Positions 51,901-60,579 of a DNA stretch of 64,000 nt are shown one piece after another. Location of the stretch: the NCBI GenBank assembly GCA_965655095.1, contig OZ296648.1, positions 4,092,001-4,156,000 of the forward strand, read 5' to 3'. The notes beneath the pieces are model-generated. The model had not been told where the DNA came from, searched no databases, and saw only the letters and a list, made by a program, of their open reading frames with translations. Each line of letters opens with the position of its first letter. The first letter of the stretch is position 1. This DNA comes from Haplodiscus bocki (Eukaryota). The translations under genes were made by a program, and so were the position numbers.

Positions 51901-54140
51901 GTTTTCAGAGTTTTCCCTATCCGAACCTTTAAAATCATCTTGTGACTACGATCATCCAAAGCCTTCACTAGTTTCTGACCATGACGAGTCGAGGCAGTTC
52001 CAACCGTTGTGAGGTTTTCAGTAGTTTTTAAGATCCTTTCAATTTTCTCCACGTTTGCCTGAACAAAGAAAACTGCTCTGTTTACTTCTATAGTAAAGAT
52101 GAAATTGGTATGGAATAACACCTGACGAGATAACGGAGCCTATTTGTGCTCTTGCAGTAAGAAAAGAGTACTTTCGCTTTTTTTGTTTGAGTGTTTTGGA
52201 TTTTCTTTTGTTTTTGGCTATTTTTTGAAGGAAAGCTGGGAGAGGTATGTTTTTTTTCGGAATTTTGTGACAGCTTAGCTACTTTTTAAAATTGAGAAAT
52301 CTCTTTAAACTTTTCAACGAGCTTCATCTTGCCTGCAGAAATAGAGGGACAGCGGTTCAAAATCAGAGCAAGTTGCCTGCGCAGGTGCAAGAAAAGTTTA
52401 CTTTCAGCGGTGAGAGCAATGGAATTTGCGACTTCCCAACTATACTTCGCAAACCTGTAAACGGCTTGGCATAGCTGGTGGCCTCTCAACAGAGCTCGAA
52501 TTTGGGAAACACAAAAGAGCTGTCTCGGGTGTATGACAGCTCTTGCGGGTCTTGTGCTTCCTTGTAGAGAGTTTTCGAGAAAACATGTTCTTCCTGTTAC
52601 ATCTCTGCAGACCTATATCTTTCCATCTCAGTATTTTATTAAGCTTCATATTCGTCGCAGATGGTTTCAGTGAGCCTTTTGAATGACCTTGGGGAATACG
52701 AAAGACGATCAAAGAGTTTTAAGCTACCTTCACTTGAGAAAAAAATCCTTTTTGGTAGTTTTACTTTGGTATCTGATGGGCTGAAAAAAGTTGTAGAAGT
52801 CTTACATTCCCAGAAATGAACGAAATGGTAGAGAAACCGTCTTTTGCAACTGTTAGTTTGATTTGCAAAACATTCGGAGGTTTTCCGGTGACTTTTGGGT
52901 TCTTTTCAAAAGTTTTTTTTTCAAATCAAACCATGAGTTCATCTCAAAAAACTGGACATTTTTGATGTTTTGTATAGTTTTCTTTTTCGACACTATGAAT
53001 ACTGTGGGTACGTTCTTGAACAGACTTCTCTATTGTCCGAAGAAAACCGAACGATGCGCCTCCCACCGTTGTGGGGTTTTCAAGGATCATCTTTATTGTT
53101 TTTACCAACGCCTGAACAATGAAACGTGTTGTGTTTACATCCTTTGTTAAGTTCAAAAAGGAGCGTGGCAGCTGATGACTCAGAAGAAGCTGTTCTTGCT
53201 CAAGCAAGAAGAAAAGAATACTTTGCAACTTTTGCTGGAGTTTTCTGGGTGCTCTGCTTGTGTTCGGGAGTTTTTTAAGGAAAGATTACGGATGTATGTT
53301 TTTTTCTGAATTTTGTTCACATTTTTGCCAATTCTCAAAATTGAATAATCTTTCCCAAGTTCTCATGGAGCCTAATGATTGTTGCAGGACAACAGAAACA
53401 TCTGCTGTGGGCAAAGTGACGTATATACGATTGCCCGAGAACACTTATTTTTTCAGAGGGAAAAAGAATGGCAATTGTGTTTTTCTAACTATACTTCACA
53501 AAATATGAAACGGCTTGGCATGGTGGCTGACCTTTCAACAGAGCTCGAATTTGTAGAAACCCAAAAAGGTGTTTCCGAGACTATGATAAGTTCTGTGAGT
53601 CTTGTGCTTTGTGGATGGGAGTTTTTGTAGAATTTGTCATGAAAAGATGTTTTTGCTGTTATACCGTCTCTGCAACTTTATATATTTCGAACTCATTTTT
53701 TTCATTGAGCATCTTTTTCAGGTTTTCCAGTGACTTCTGTGTTTTTTGGAGAATTTTTGTGTCATTTAAAACCTTGAATTCATCTCAAAAAACTAGCTGT
53801 TTTCGGAATTTTGAAGAGTTTTCTTTTCGAAACAGTTCATATTGTGACTCCGGTCATGAACAGGGTTAACTTTTGTGTGTCGGGCCGAGACGATGAGCCT
53901 CCCACTGTTTCGAGGTATTAGAGACTTTCCAAGATCGTGTGAATACTATTTACATTTGCCTGAGCAATGGAAACTGCTATTTGTACTTCTTTTTGGGCAG
54001 CTTGAGAGGAATTAATTCTTTGTTGGCAGCTGAGCTCCCAACAAAGCATAGTTGTGCATAAACATGTTGGAAAGTTGACTTCGAGCTCCTGTTGAGTTTT
54101 GTGGTAATCTGGTTTCTTTTGTTGGGAGTTTTTCAATGAA
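36936..54140. repeat. HOR domain 4 (edge): C-D-E-F-B* units (~4.59 kb) then C-D-E units (~2.47 kb, one with tandem E-E); no class A
   Basis: C at 36936, 41521, 46119, 49159, 51632 (spacings 4585, 4598, 3040, 2473); E-E at 48028/48593; B* are D-head/B-body hybrids at 40493 and 45076. Confidence 0.9.
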
Positions 54141-54290
54141 GAAGAAGAATTTCCCTTGATAAGTCTCTTTGATATGGCTACACAAACTTTGAAACGTAGA
54201 TGCCTATATAAGGGATATCGACCTGGCAGAAATTTTCGAGTTACTCAAGAAGTTATTGAAGTTTCTTTTCAGGAGCAACCGATCGAAAAA

Positions 54291-54519
54291 ATGTCGGACC
54301 GCAACTAAATTTTTGTATGTGATGGAACAGAGTCTCAGCGTTAAGCCTGTTCTGAATTTAATTGATTTGGAGTCCTACATGCGAAAAATAACGATCTCTT
54401 TTTTGACAACTGTCACCAAGTTAGCCAAATTTAGCTCGATTCCATTTTTTATTTTGCAAAAAAACTATCAAGAATGTCGGACCCGAACCAAACTTTAGTA
54501 TGCGGCATATTAGAGTCTT
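54291..54519. repeat. Pair of imperfect ~45-bp direct repeats just outside the array, probably within a non-autonomous TE remnant
   Basis: ATGTCGGACCGCAACTAAATTTTTGTATG...AGAGTCT at 54291 vs ATGTCGGACCCGAACCAAACTTTAGTATG...AGAGTCT at 54474 (183 bp apart). Confidence 0.5.
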
Positions 54520-55496
54520 GTTTTAGCGTCTCGGCAAAAATTAAGATATATGTTAATTAGATAACGAGAAAGCTAGATTCTAACAAAAAATTTTGACTTG
54601 GAAGTGGAACGCAACAAGAATTGCTTCCGGTTTTTTTATTGTTGGTTAGTAAAAAGGCTTCGCCTAAAGATTGCAGTAATGTTTCGACCTTTACTTCGAG
54701 TTTTACTTTGTCAAAACGTTTCATCGTGATACCTCAGTGTCTAGTAGAAGTGAATTGATTTTTTCATGGCCGCTGCTTCAGGCGTGGAGCTTGTTTCTCG
54801 GGACTTGATTTGTTTCGGAAATTGAAAGTTGTTTCTTTGAGTTTGGACCTTTGTTTGCGCAAAATTGACCCTTGCGCGTTTTGTTAGTCGAAGCTTGTAA
54901 GGAAGCGCGACTATTGGTGTGTCTTTTCGTTTTTCTTCGAGCCTCTCGGTTTGACAGACTTAATGATTGGCCGCTAAGTAGCAACTGCTTTGCTAACAAG
55001 TAATAAACATATATACGTGTATATGCTGATTTTTTTTCGGTTCGAAAAGTTTCCTTTTCCCATTGTAAACCACTTTTAGTAGACCATTTTTTGAAAACCA
55101 GAACGTATGGAAAACTTAAACCTGGGCAATTAATTGCAAAAACGTCCGATCTCTCACCAATATTCTAAGGTTGGGGGACCGGGCCGATGTGGTCAGTTCC
55201 CGGCTTGCTCAAGTTGTGCTCAGATTCAGAGATCAAGTGTCGAGGAGAGAGAATATTTCTTGTTTACCCTCCCGGGTTGACTAATGGTCAACACGACGAT
55301 CATGCTATGACTTGGAATGATATTGGTGATTCATTCGCCGTGGCATTATCATATTCATCGTAGAATACAGAAACTCTTGAGGAGGCGTATATTAGAATTG
55401 ATCTATTCCCCTAAAAATTGGAATTTACCGAAATTAACGAAAAATTGTAATACGTATGCTACATTGAAACTTGTTGAGTAAAGACTGGCTGTATGG

Positions 55497-55915
55497 TAGG
55501 CATGTGCGGTTCATTGAATTGAGAATTGAAATTCAATTATTTCCCCTGGATTGAATTGAATTGACTAAATTGTTGAGAATTGAAAGTTTCAATTCAATTC
55601 ATTAACATTATTGTTGGCAACAAAATTGTCGTTAAGTATCACAAGTTTTTGTTTCCAGATTTGACTCAATTTAGACGACGTAAAATTAGTATTTGCCATC
55701 CAAAAACTAAAGATTTTGAATCAAAAAGTACCGCAGAAAACTACGGCCGGAATCGTAAAAGCAAATATATCCATAAAATAGTGATTTTCCAGGTGACTAT
55801 TTTGGAAATTTCAAGACGCCGTGCATTGAATTGATTTTGAATTGAATTGCAATTCATGCCCTCGAATTGGATTGGAATTGAATTGAATAAAACTTCCCTG
55901 GATCGTACATGCCTA
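55497..55915. mobile_element. Non-autonomous hAT-superfamily MITE (419 bp)
   Basis: TIRs TAGGCATGTGCGGTTCA / TGGATCGTACATGCCTA; perfect 8-bp TSD CTGTATGG at 55489-55496 and 55916-55923; clusters of subterminal GAATTG/CAATTC motifs at both ends. An 8-bp TSD with TAGG/CAGG-type termini is typical of hAT. Confidence 0.9.
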
Positions 55916-56061
55916 CTGTATGGTTATTACAGAAGAAAGCTCTAAGCCTCTCTGGAGTATTCTGCGTTCAATTTTGCTGACTTGGCAGTTTGGAGGCGAA
56001 ATTCTCTGTAAGGCAAGTCAAGTGTGAAAGAATTGGCAAGAAATTGAGTTGTTTTTCAAAA

Positions 56062-56463
56062 AAAAACATGGTGATCATACCATGAACATGGTTACACTTG
56101 CACAAGCAAGTGTTTTGTCACAGGCTTCCTTTTCTCTTTTCCGATCCGTTTAGAACTTGCTTTTGTGCCTAGCTTCTAATGATGCCTTGATTTTGTTCAT
56201 GCGTTCTCGCTTTCTCGCCAAAGTTCGTTCATTCTCTGTACTCAGTTGCAAAAATTTCTTCACTAGTCTTCCATTGGCGCAAGTATTGCGAAGCACAGCT
56301 TCGCCTCTGTGTACGAATAATAGAAAACGTGATCTTGCCTTGATTATGCCATGAATCATGGCGACCATGTCAGGAAACTTGGCCGCCATGCCGTCATCAT
56401 GGCGTGATCATGACCATGTTTCACCATGATCATAGCGTGGCAGCCATGTTTTTCCGACCCAGG
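56062..56463. mobile_element. CATG-rich element with imperfect inverted ends (probable non-autonomous DNA transposon, left end degraded)
   Basis: Left AAAAACATGGTGATCATACCATGAACATGG vs reverse complement of right end AAAAACATGGCTGCCACGCTATGATCATGG; dense CATG/TGATCA words at 56062-56092 and 56340-56452; no TSD recognised. Confidence 0.5.
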
Positions 56464-56513
56464 CTACGCGTAAGTGTGCTTGTAATGGTGATAGCTTTGC
56501 TCTTCATATTTAG

Positions 56514-56596
56514 GCACTTTCACGAAGGAGAAAGGCATTTGGATAGTGAAGCCAGTGGCCTCGTCTCGAGGAAGAGGAATATTCCTCATCAATCAT
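56514..56596 (+). CDS. TTLL5: Internal coding exon (83 bp) of a tubulin polyglutamylase, TTLL5-like (ATP-grasp TTL domain)
   Basis: Acceptor TCTTCATATTTAG|, donor |GTTAGT. After 2 nt of a split codon it reads [27 protein letters not shown], matching the TTLL WIVKP...SRGRG motif and, from memory, vertebrate TTLL5 [21 protein letters not shown]. Confidence 0.88.
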
Positions 56597-57011
56597 GTTA
56601 GTACCTTTACTCATAAACAAAAGGGTTTTCCCCCTCTTTCATTTGGAGCAATCTTTGCTGATTCAATTGCTATATTCCTGTTTTGCGAAAAAGTCGCCTT
56701 CAGATACAAAAATCATTCGTTTTTGCGTGCAACATGCTAACTGCATGGTAGATTACACGATTGTTTCTCACCCAAATTGAGGCGATATGAAATACTCGCT
56801 TCCTATTGGCTGATAGCGTTCAAAATGAATTTTTACGTGGGGCCTCAATGTCTCAAAGTTTAATGCAGTGATGGTGAACCGTGATTTTGCTGTCTAATTT
56901 TAGAGTAGTAAAACAGGGCTTGAACAATAGGTTTGTTGGACACTAAATACAGGGAGGAAGTTGTTATGCAATGAATTACCTAATTACTGTGTGTGTGTTT
57001 GTCGATTTCAG

Positions 57012-57081
57012 CCAAGCCAAGTGCCAATGGATGAGACTCTGATCGTGTCTCGCTACATCTCGAATCCTCTTCTCATTGACG
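57012..57081 (+). CDS. TTLL5: Next internal coding exon (70 bp) of the TTLL5-like gene
   Basis: Acceptor GATTTCAG|, donor G|GTCAGT. It joins the previous exon in phase 0 across a 415-bp GT-AG intron (56597-57011) and reads PSQVPMDETLIVSRYISNPLLID, matching the remembered TTLL5 [23 protein letters not shown]. No stops or frameshifts. Confidence 0.88.
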
Positions 57082-57338
57082 GTCAGTACTATCTAACTGC
57101 CTACTACTACTCTGGGCTTCTTGATAAATGCACGGAGAGGAGAGGTCATGCTTAGTGGAAGTGACTAAAAGATGCTTCCAAATCTTCAAAATTTGTATTG
57201 AAATCCTTTCATATCCGTTTTATTGTCAAGAGGAGGATCTTAACTCCCCCACCTTAAATGTGTTTGTTTTTTTTACACATCTGCAAAAGCTGATCATAAA
57301 TAATGCAGTCGGGCGAACAATATGCGGGTGCCAGCAGG

Positions 57339-58037
57339 CTGGGTTGGTATGTTTAAAACAAGACGTTTTAAACACATCGATAAAAAACATGTTTAAAACA
57401 ATTTTAAAAAAAAACACGTGTTTTTTTTAAACAACAGTGTATAGAGAATTCACTGCCTTGCCAGCCTTGAAATACGGTTCTCGTGCGAATGATTGCTGTG
57501 TAAATAAAACCCTCGGACAACAGCTGTGTGCTGTTTGTGTTCGCCTAGTTAATGAATGTCCATTGTTTGAACATTATTTTGTGGAAAATCTTTATCTCCA
57601 CTTGAAACAGCTGAAGCCAATTTTAAAGTCTAGGTGATGATTTAATACCAGAGACTGTTAAATTTATCGCCAAAGAACCACCATATTCTGCATCGTTGTT
57701 CGAGGGATTGAACCTTAAGGTGGACCCTGTTTCATGCTGGAAATCCGGAAAACGCTTGGGCTTCAGCGAGTCTTCGTCTGGATTAGAGCGCCCCTTCTCA
57801 AGAATGGGTTTAACCTACGGCTGTCTTCGTACGCGTCTTGGAGTTGCAAAAGCTCGAAAACTGGCATTTTTGCACCAGCAACTAAACCAGTGATTTTGTA
57901 ATTAAACATTGGTCAAATCCATCTTGTTTTGACTTAGAAAATAAAAAAGATAAAAAACAATAAAAATATGTTTTTTTTTCAATTAAAACAAGTTTTTTTG
58001 TTTAATTCCGTTAAAAGTGTTTAAAACACCAACCCTG
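57339..58037 (+). mobile_element. Internally deleted hAT element (699 bp) carrying a transposase C-terminal dimerization-domain remnant
   Basis: TIRs CTGGGTTGGTATGTTT / AAACACCAACCCTG; perfect 8-bp TSD CCAGCAGG at 57331-57338 and 58038-58045. ORF 57696-57893 DPVSCWK...SSSGLERPFSRMG...LRTRLG...KL fits the hATC pattern WW...SS..ER.FS......R..L. Subterminal AAAACA repeats. Confidence 0.88.
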
Positions 58038-58100
58038 CCAGCAGGCCGCCTTGTTTACCTTTTCATTCATTTTTAGTTCTGGCAAAATTTAGCATTGTGT

Positions 58101-58430
58101 CTCACTCGGATGTGCGGTTCATGGAAAAAAATTCGGAAACTCCCTTGCTTGGCGGAAAATGCGGATCTTTTCTGTTAATTCTCCCACCAGCAACAGCGAG
58201 AATTTTAACCCCCGCCCGGAAGCGAGCTCTTCTCTGATTGGTTGAAACGCACTCGCGCGTAAGTTGAATCATTACTCGGCTTATTTTTTCGCGTATCCTT
58301 GAGTTGTAGGATTTGAATCAATGGGGGCGGTAGGAAGAAGGGAGTTCACGGAAAAGATCCTGAGAAGAAATTTTTCCCGTTAATTTTTAACGTAAGAATT
58401 CCTCACTGATCTGAATGCATCAAAAATGAG
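58101..58430. mobile_element. Possible degenerate palindromic MITE
   Basis: Weak inverted ends CTCACTCGGATG..TTCA / TGAATGCATCAAAAATGAG and an internal inverted pair AACTCCCTT (~58138) / AAGGGAGTT (~58338); no TSD verified. Confidence 0.3.
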
Positions 58431-58646
58431 TATTTTTTTTACGCACTCTCCCACCTAGAAGCAGGGTTCACCTTGGCGGCAGTTGCCACAGTTTCAAGTC
58501 TGTCACAAAACACATGACCCCCGTTTTTTAGGAACAGTATCTACATCCATTTGGTTGATAAACATGAACCAGAGGGTCAACTCAAATCTCAATATCTGTT
58601 GAATCAATTGGGAGTGACTTTCTCAGAGGTTTTGAATATTCTTCAC

Positions 58647-59423
58647 CAGTGATGTCCAATATTACTAATGAGTTTAACTGAGTTTAACTAATGAGTTAAA
58701 GTTAAATTAATTCATATCGGGGAGTTAAACTAATTGAGGGAGTTAAATTGCATTTCGGGGACGGCATAGAATTGTGTTGTGAGTCACGCGCCGTTCAAAA
58801 GTGTTCACGTGTGGTAAAGTCATGAATGAATCATTGGTAGGCCACTCCAGCTCCCATGTATTAATACGTGGGATACTAGTTCAGCAATTTATTATATATT
58901 CATTTCGTTTTAAACATCAAAATGGTTTTTGAAAGTAAAAATTATGTAAATTTCTGTAACTGCCTTAACCTAACAAAGAATAATATTTGGGTACTTGATG
59001 CAAAAACCATATTTTATCGAAAAATAAAATATCACTAAGTGACACGAAAAATGTATGACGAAACAGCATACAATTATTTCAAGGAAAAAAGAACCGAGTA
59101 TCCCAAGCTCTCAGAACGCGCTCGGAAAATTATAGCCGTACTTCCATCGCGAGCAATCGCCGGGAGCAGTTTTTCGAAGGCCTCATTCATGACTGAGAAT
59201 CGGAAAAACAGACTGAAAATTGAAAATTTGAAAACTCGTTTGATTATATTTGGACATGATCCCAATATGGAATTCGAGTTGTGGTTAAACATAACCTTTT
59301 AAATAGCTCAACTCGCAAAAAAATTGGGAGTTTAACTACATAGCCAATAGTTAAACTAAAATTTAGCAGGATAAGTTTAACTGCAAAAAAAAGGGTTAAA
59401 TTGAATTTAACTGTACATCACTG
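58647..59423 (+). mobile_element. Internally deleted hAT element (777 bp) with a transposase dimerization-domain remnant
   Basis: TIRs CAGTGATGT / ACATCACTG; perfect 8-bp TSD TTCTTCAC at 58639-58646 and 59424-59431. ORF 59039-59302 YFKEKRTEYPKLSERARKIIAVLPS...SSFSKAS....RKNRL fits hATC (yP.L...Ar..l..p.s....FS......r.rL). Subterminal AGTTTAACT/AGTTAAACT repeats. Confidence 0.9.
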
Positions 59424-59504
59424 TTCTTCACCAAGTTTTTCGCCGAAGGCCGTGATGAGGCATACCGATAACTGATATGCAGTGACATTTGATATCAACA
59501 GACA

Positions 59505-59650
59505 ACTGATGTCAAGAATGAAAAGCTACTACTGATATCAAGTATGAAAAACGACAACTGATATCAAGTATGAAAAACGACAACTGATATTAAGTACGAA
59601 AAACGACAACTGATATTAAGTACGAAAAACGACAACTGATATTAAGTATG
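59505..59650. repeat. 26-bp minisatellite, ~5.6 copies
   Basis: Unit ACTGATATYAAGTAYGAAAAACGACA starting at 59505 (degenerate), 59531, 59557, 59583, 59609, 59635 (partial). Confidence 0.93.
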
Positions 59651-60097
59651 ATTAAATTGAACAAACACAGAAATTAAGTTACAAATGAGAGTAAAAACAA
59701 ATTAAAAATCCGGAAAGAAAAACGTTTGAAAAGCTTTCAAGCGAGGCTAGAATTCGTTTTCTTTATGACAAGTTGAGTACTCAGGTTTTCAGCGCAGTAT
59801 ATTTTCACCGTGATCATGTTTTGTTAAAAAGACATGGAACAGAGCGGGCATCAAAATCTCGAATTTCAGTACATGTGAGAAGTATTTGGTTGCTCAATCC
59901 ACTGCGCCGTCACAGCTGATTTCATGGCTACTTGATTTGAATAAAGTATGCTCCATTGTATTCGAAACGAGCGAATAATTAACACATTTTTCTCCAATCT
60001 TTCGATTTATAAATATAATTATATAATGAAATGACGGGATTTAAACTTGTGAATATTCAGTTTTCGTTGAGATCTGAAATAATAATAAATCTTTGTT

Positions 60098-60570
60098 CTG
60101 CTCAGTGGCGAGCCTGGTTGAATAAGTTTTGTGCGAATTTGCCCTTCTGTGGTCATGTTTCCACCGAGCGTGATTGCTTCAGGTTTTACTGCTGTTTATA
60201 ACAAGTTCTTTGTTCTGCTTAAGGAAGAAGAGAAATATTCTCAGATTTAGTTTGCAATAATCTAATCAAAACAGTTGTCTTTTGATAACTAGTCTGAGGA
60301 ATCAAATAAGGAGCCACGACAAGAAATTAAATTTTTTAATTTGAAGTGATGTCCATCCATCGTGCACTTCTTCCGTTCCCCGTTATTTAGCTAATCTCTA
60401 AGTTGAGAAAAATGTGCTTTTGCCAAACTATCAGTCGATGAAAAATGTTGACTGTTTCGAAGTCTGAAGCCTTCCAATTGTGTAGCCCAATTGAATCAAG
60501 CTAGATTGTCTGCTCCTGAAATTGCTTTTCCAGAAACTAATCTGGAGATTCCGGATAAAGACTACATTTT
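60098..60570 (-). mobile_element. Degenerate LINE (RTE-like) fragment, 3' part of the RT region; inverted homolog of 63535-63965
   Basis: Reverse-complement matches to 63535-63965, e.g. CTGCTCAGTGGC, TTTGATAACTAGTC, AAGCCTTCCAATTGTG. Family assignment rests on the partner copy. Confidence 0.55.
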
Positions 60571-60579
60571 GCCAAAACA

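Larger units (their letters stand above)
1..54140. repeat. Complex tandem satellite array: ~1.04-1.09 kb monomer family with 860- and 566-bp deletion variants, organised in higher-order repeats; runs off the left window edge
   Basis: Monomers phased on the recurring GAGCTCGAA anchor (or its aligned position where lost) start at 345,1424,2462,3540,4580,5658,6698,7558,8635,9674,10534,11577,12437,13476,14336,15412,16454,17313,18390,19430,20290,21339,21905,22994,24043,25118,26160,27020,28069,28635,29724,30799,31841,32701,33776,34818,35894,36936,37796,38845,39411,40493,41521,42381,43430,43994,45076,46119,46979,48028,48593,49159,50019,51067,51632,52492,53541. All are in the same orientation, and identical short ORFs recur at these offsets. 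Confidence 0.98.

Noticed and set aside
591-54136. Numerous 60-151 aa ORFs recurring through the array (tandem gene cluster?)
   Set aside because: Short, overlapping on both strands, F/K/L/S-biased from T/A runs, freely broken by homopolymer indels and stops between near-identical copies, and with no recognisable domain.
1-54140. CRISPR array, rDNA/5S, histone or snRNA tandem cluster
   Set aside because: No short repeat with unique spacers and no cas genes; no rRNA, tRNA, snRNA or histone sequence recognised in any monomer.
55933-56007. Candidate upstream TTLL5 exon (TTACAG|...CTCT|GTAAGG)
   Set aside because: It translates in the compatible frame as ...SKPLWSILRSILLTWQFGGEIL, with no similarity to the conserved TTLL5 segment expected there.
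56150-56389. 79-aa minus-strand ORF as a host gene
   Set aside because: It sits within the CATG-rich repeat element, antisense to TTLL5, with no recognisable domain.
58205-58262. Promoter-like cluster (GC box CCCCGCCC, CCGGAAG, ATTGG)
   Set aside because: It lies in an intron within a probable MITE, with no associated first exon; such short motifs are uninformative alone.
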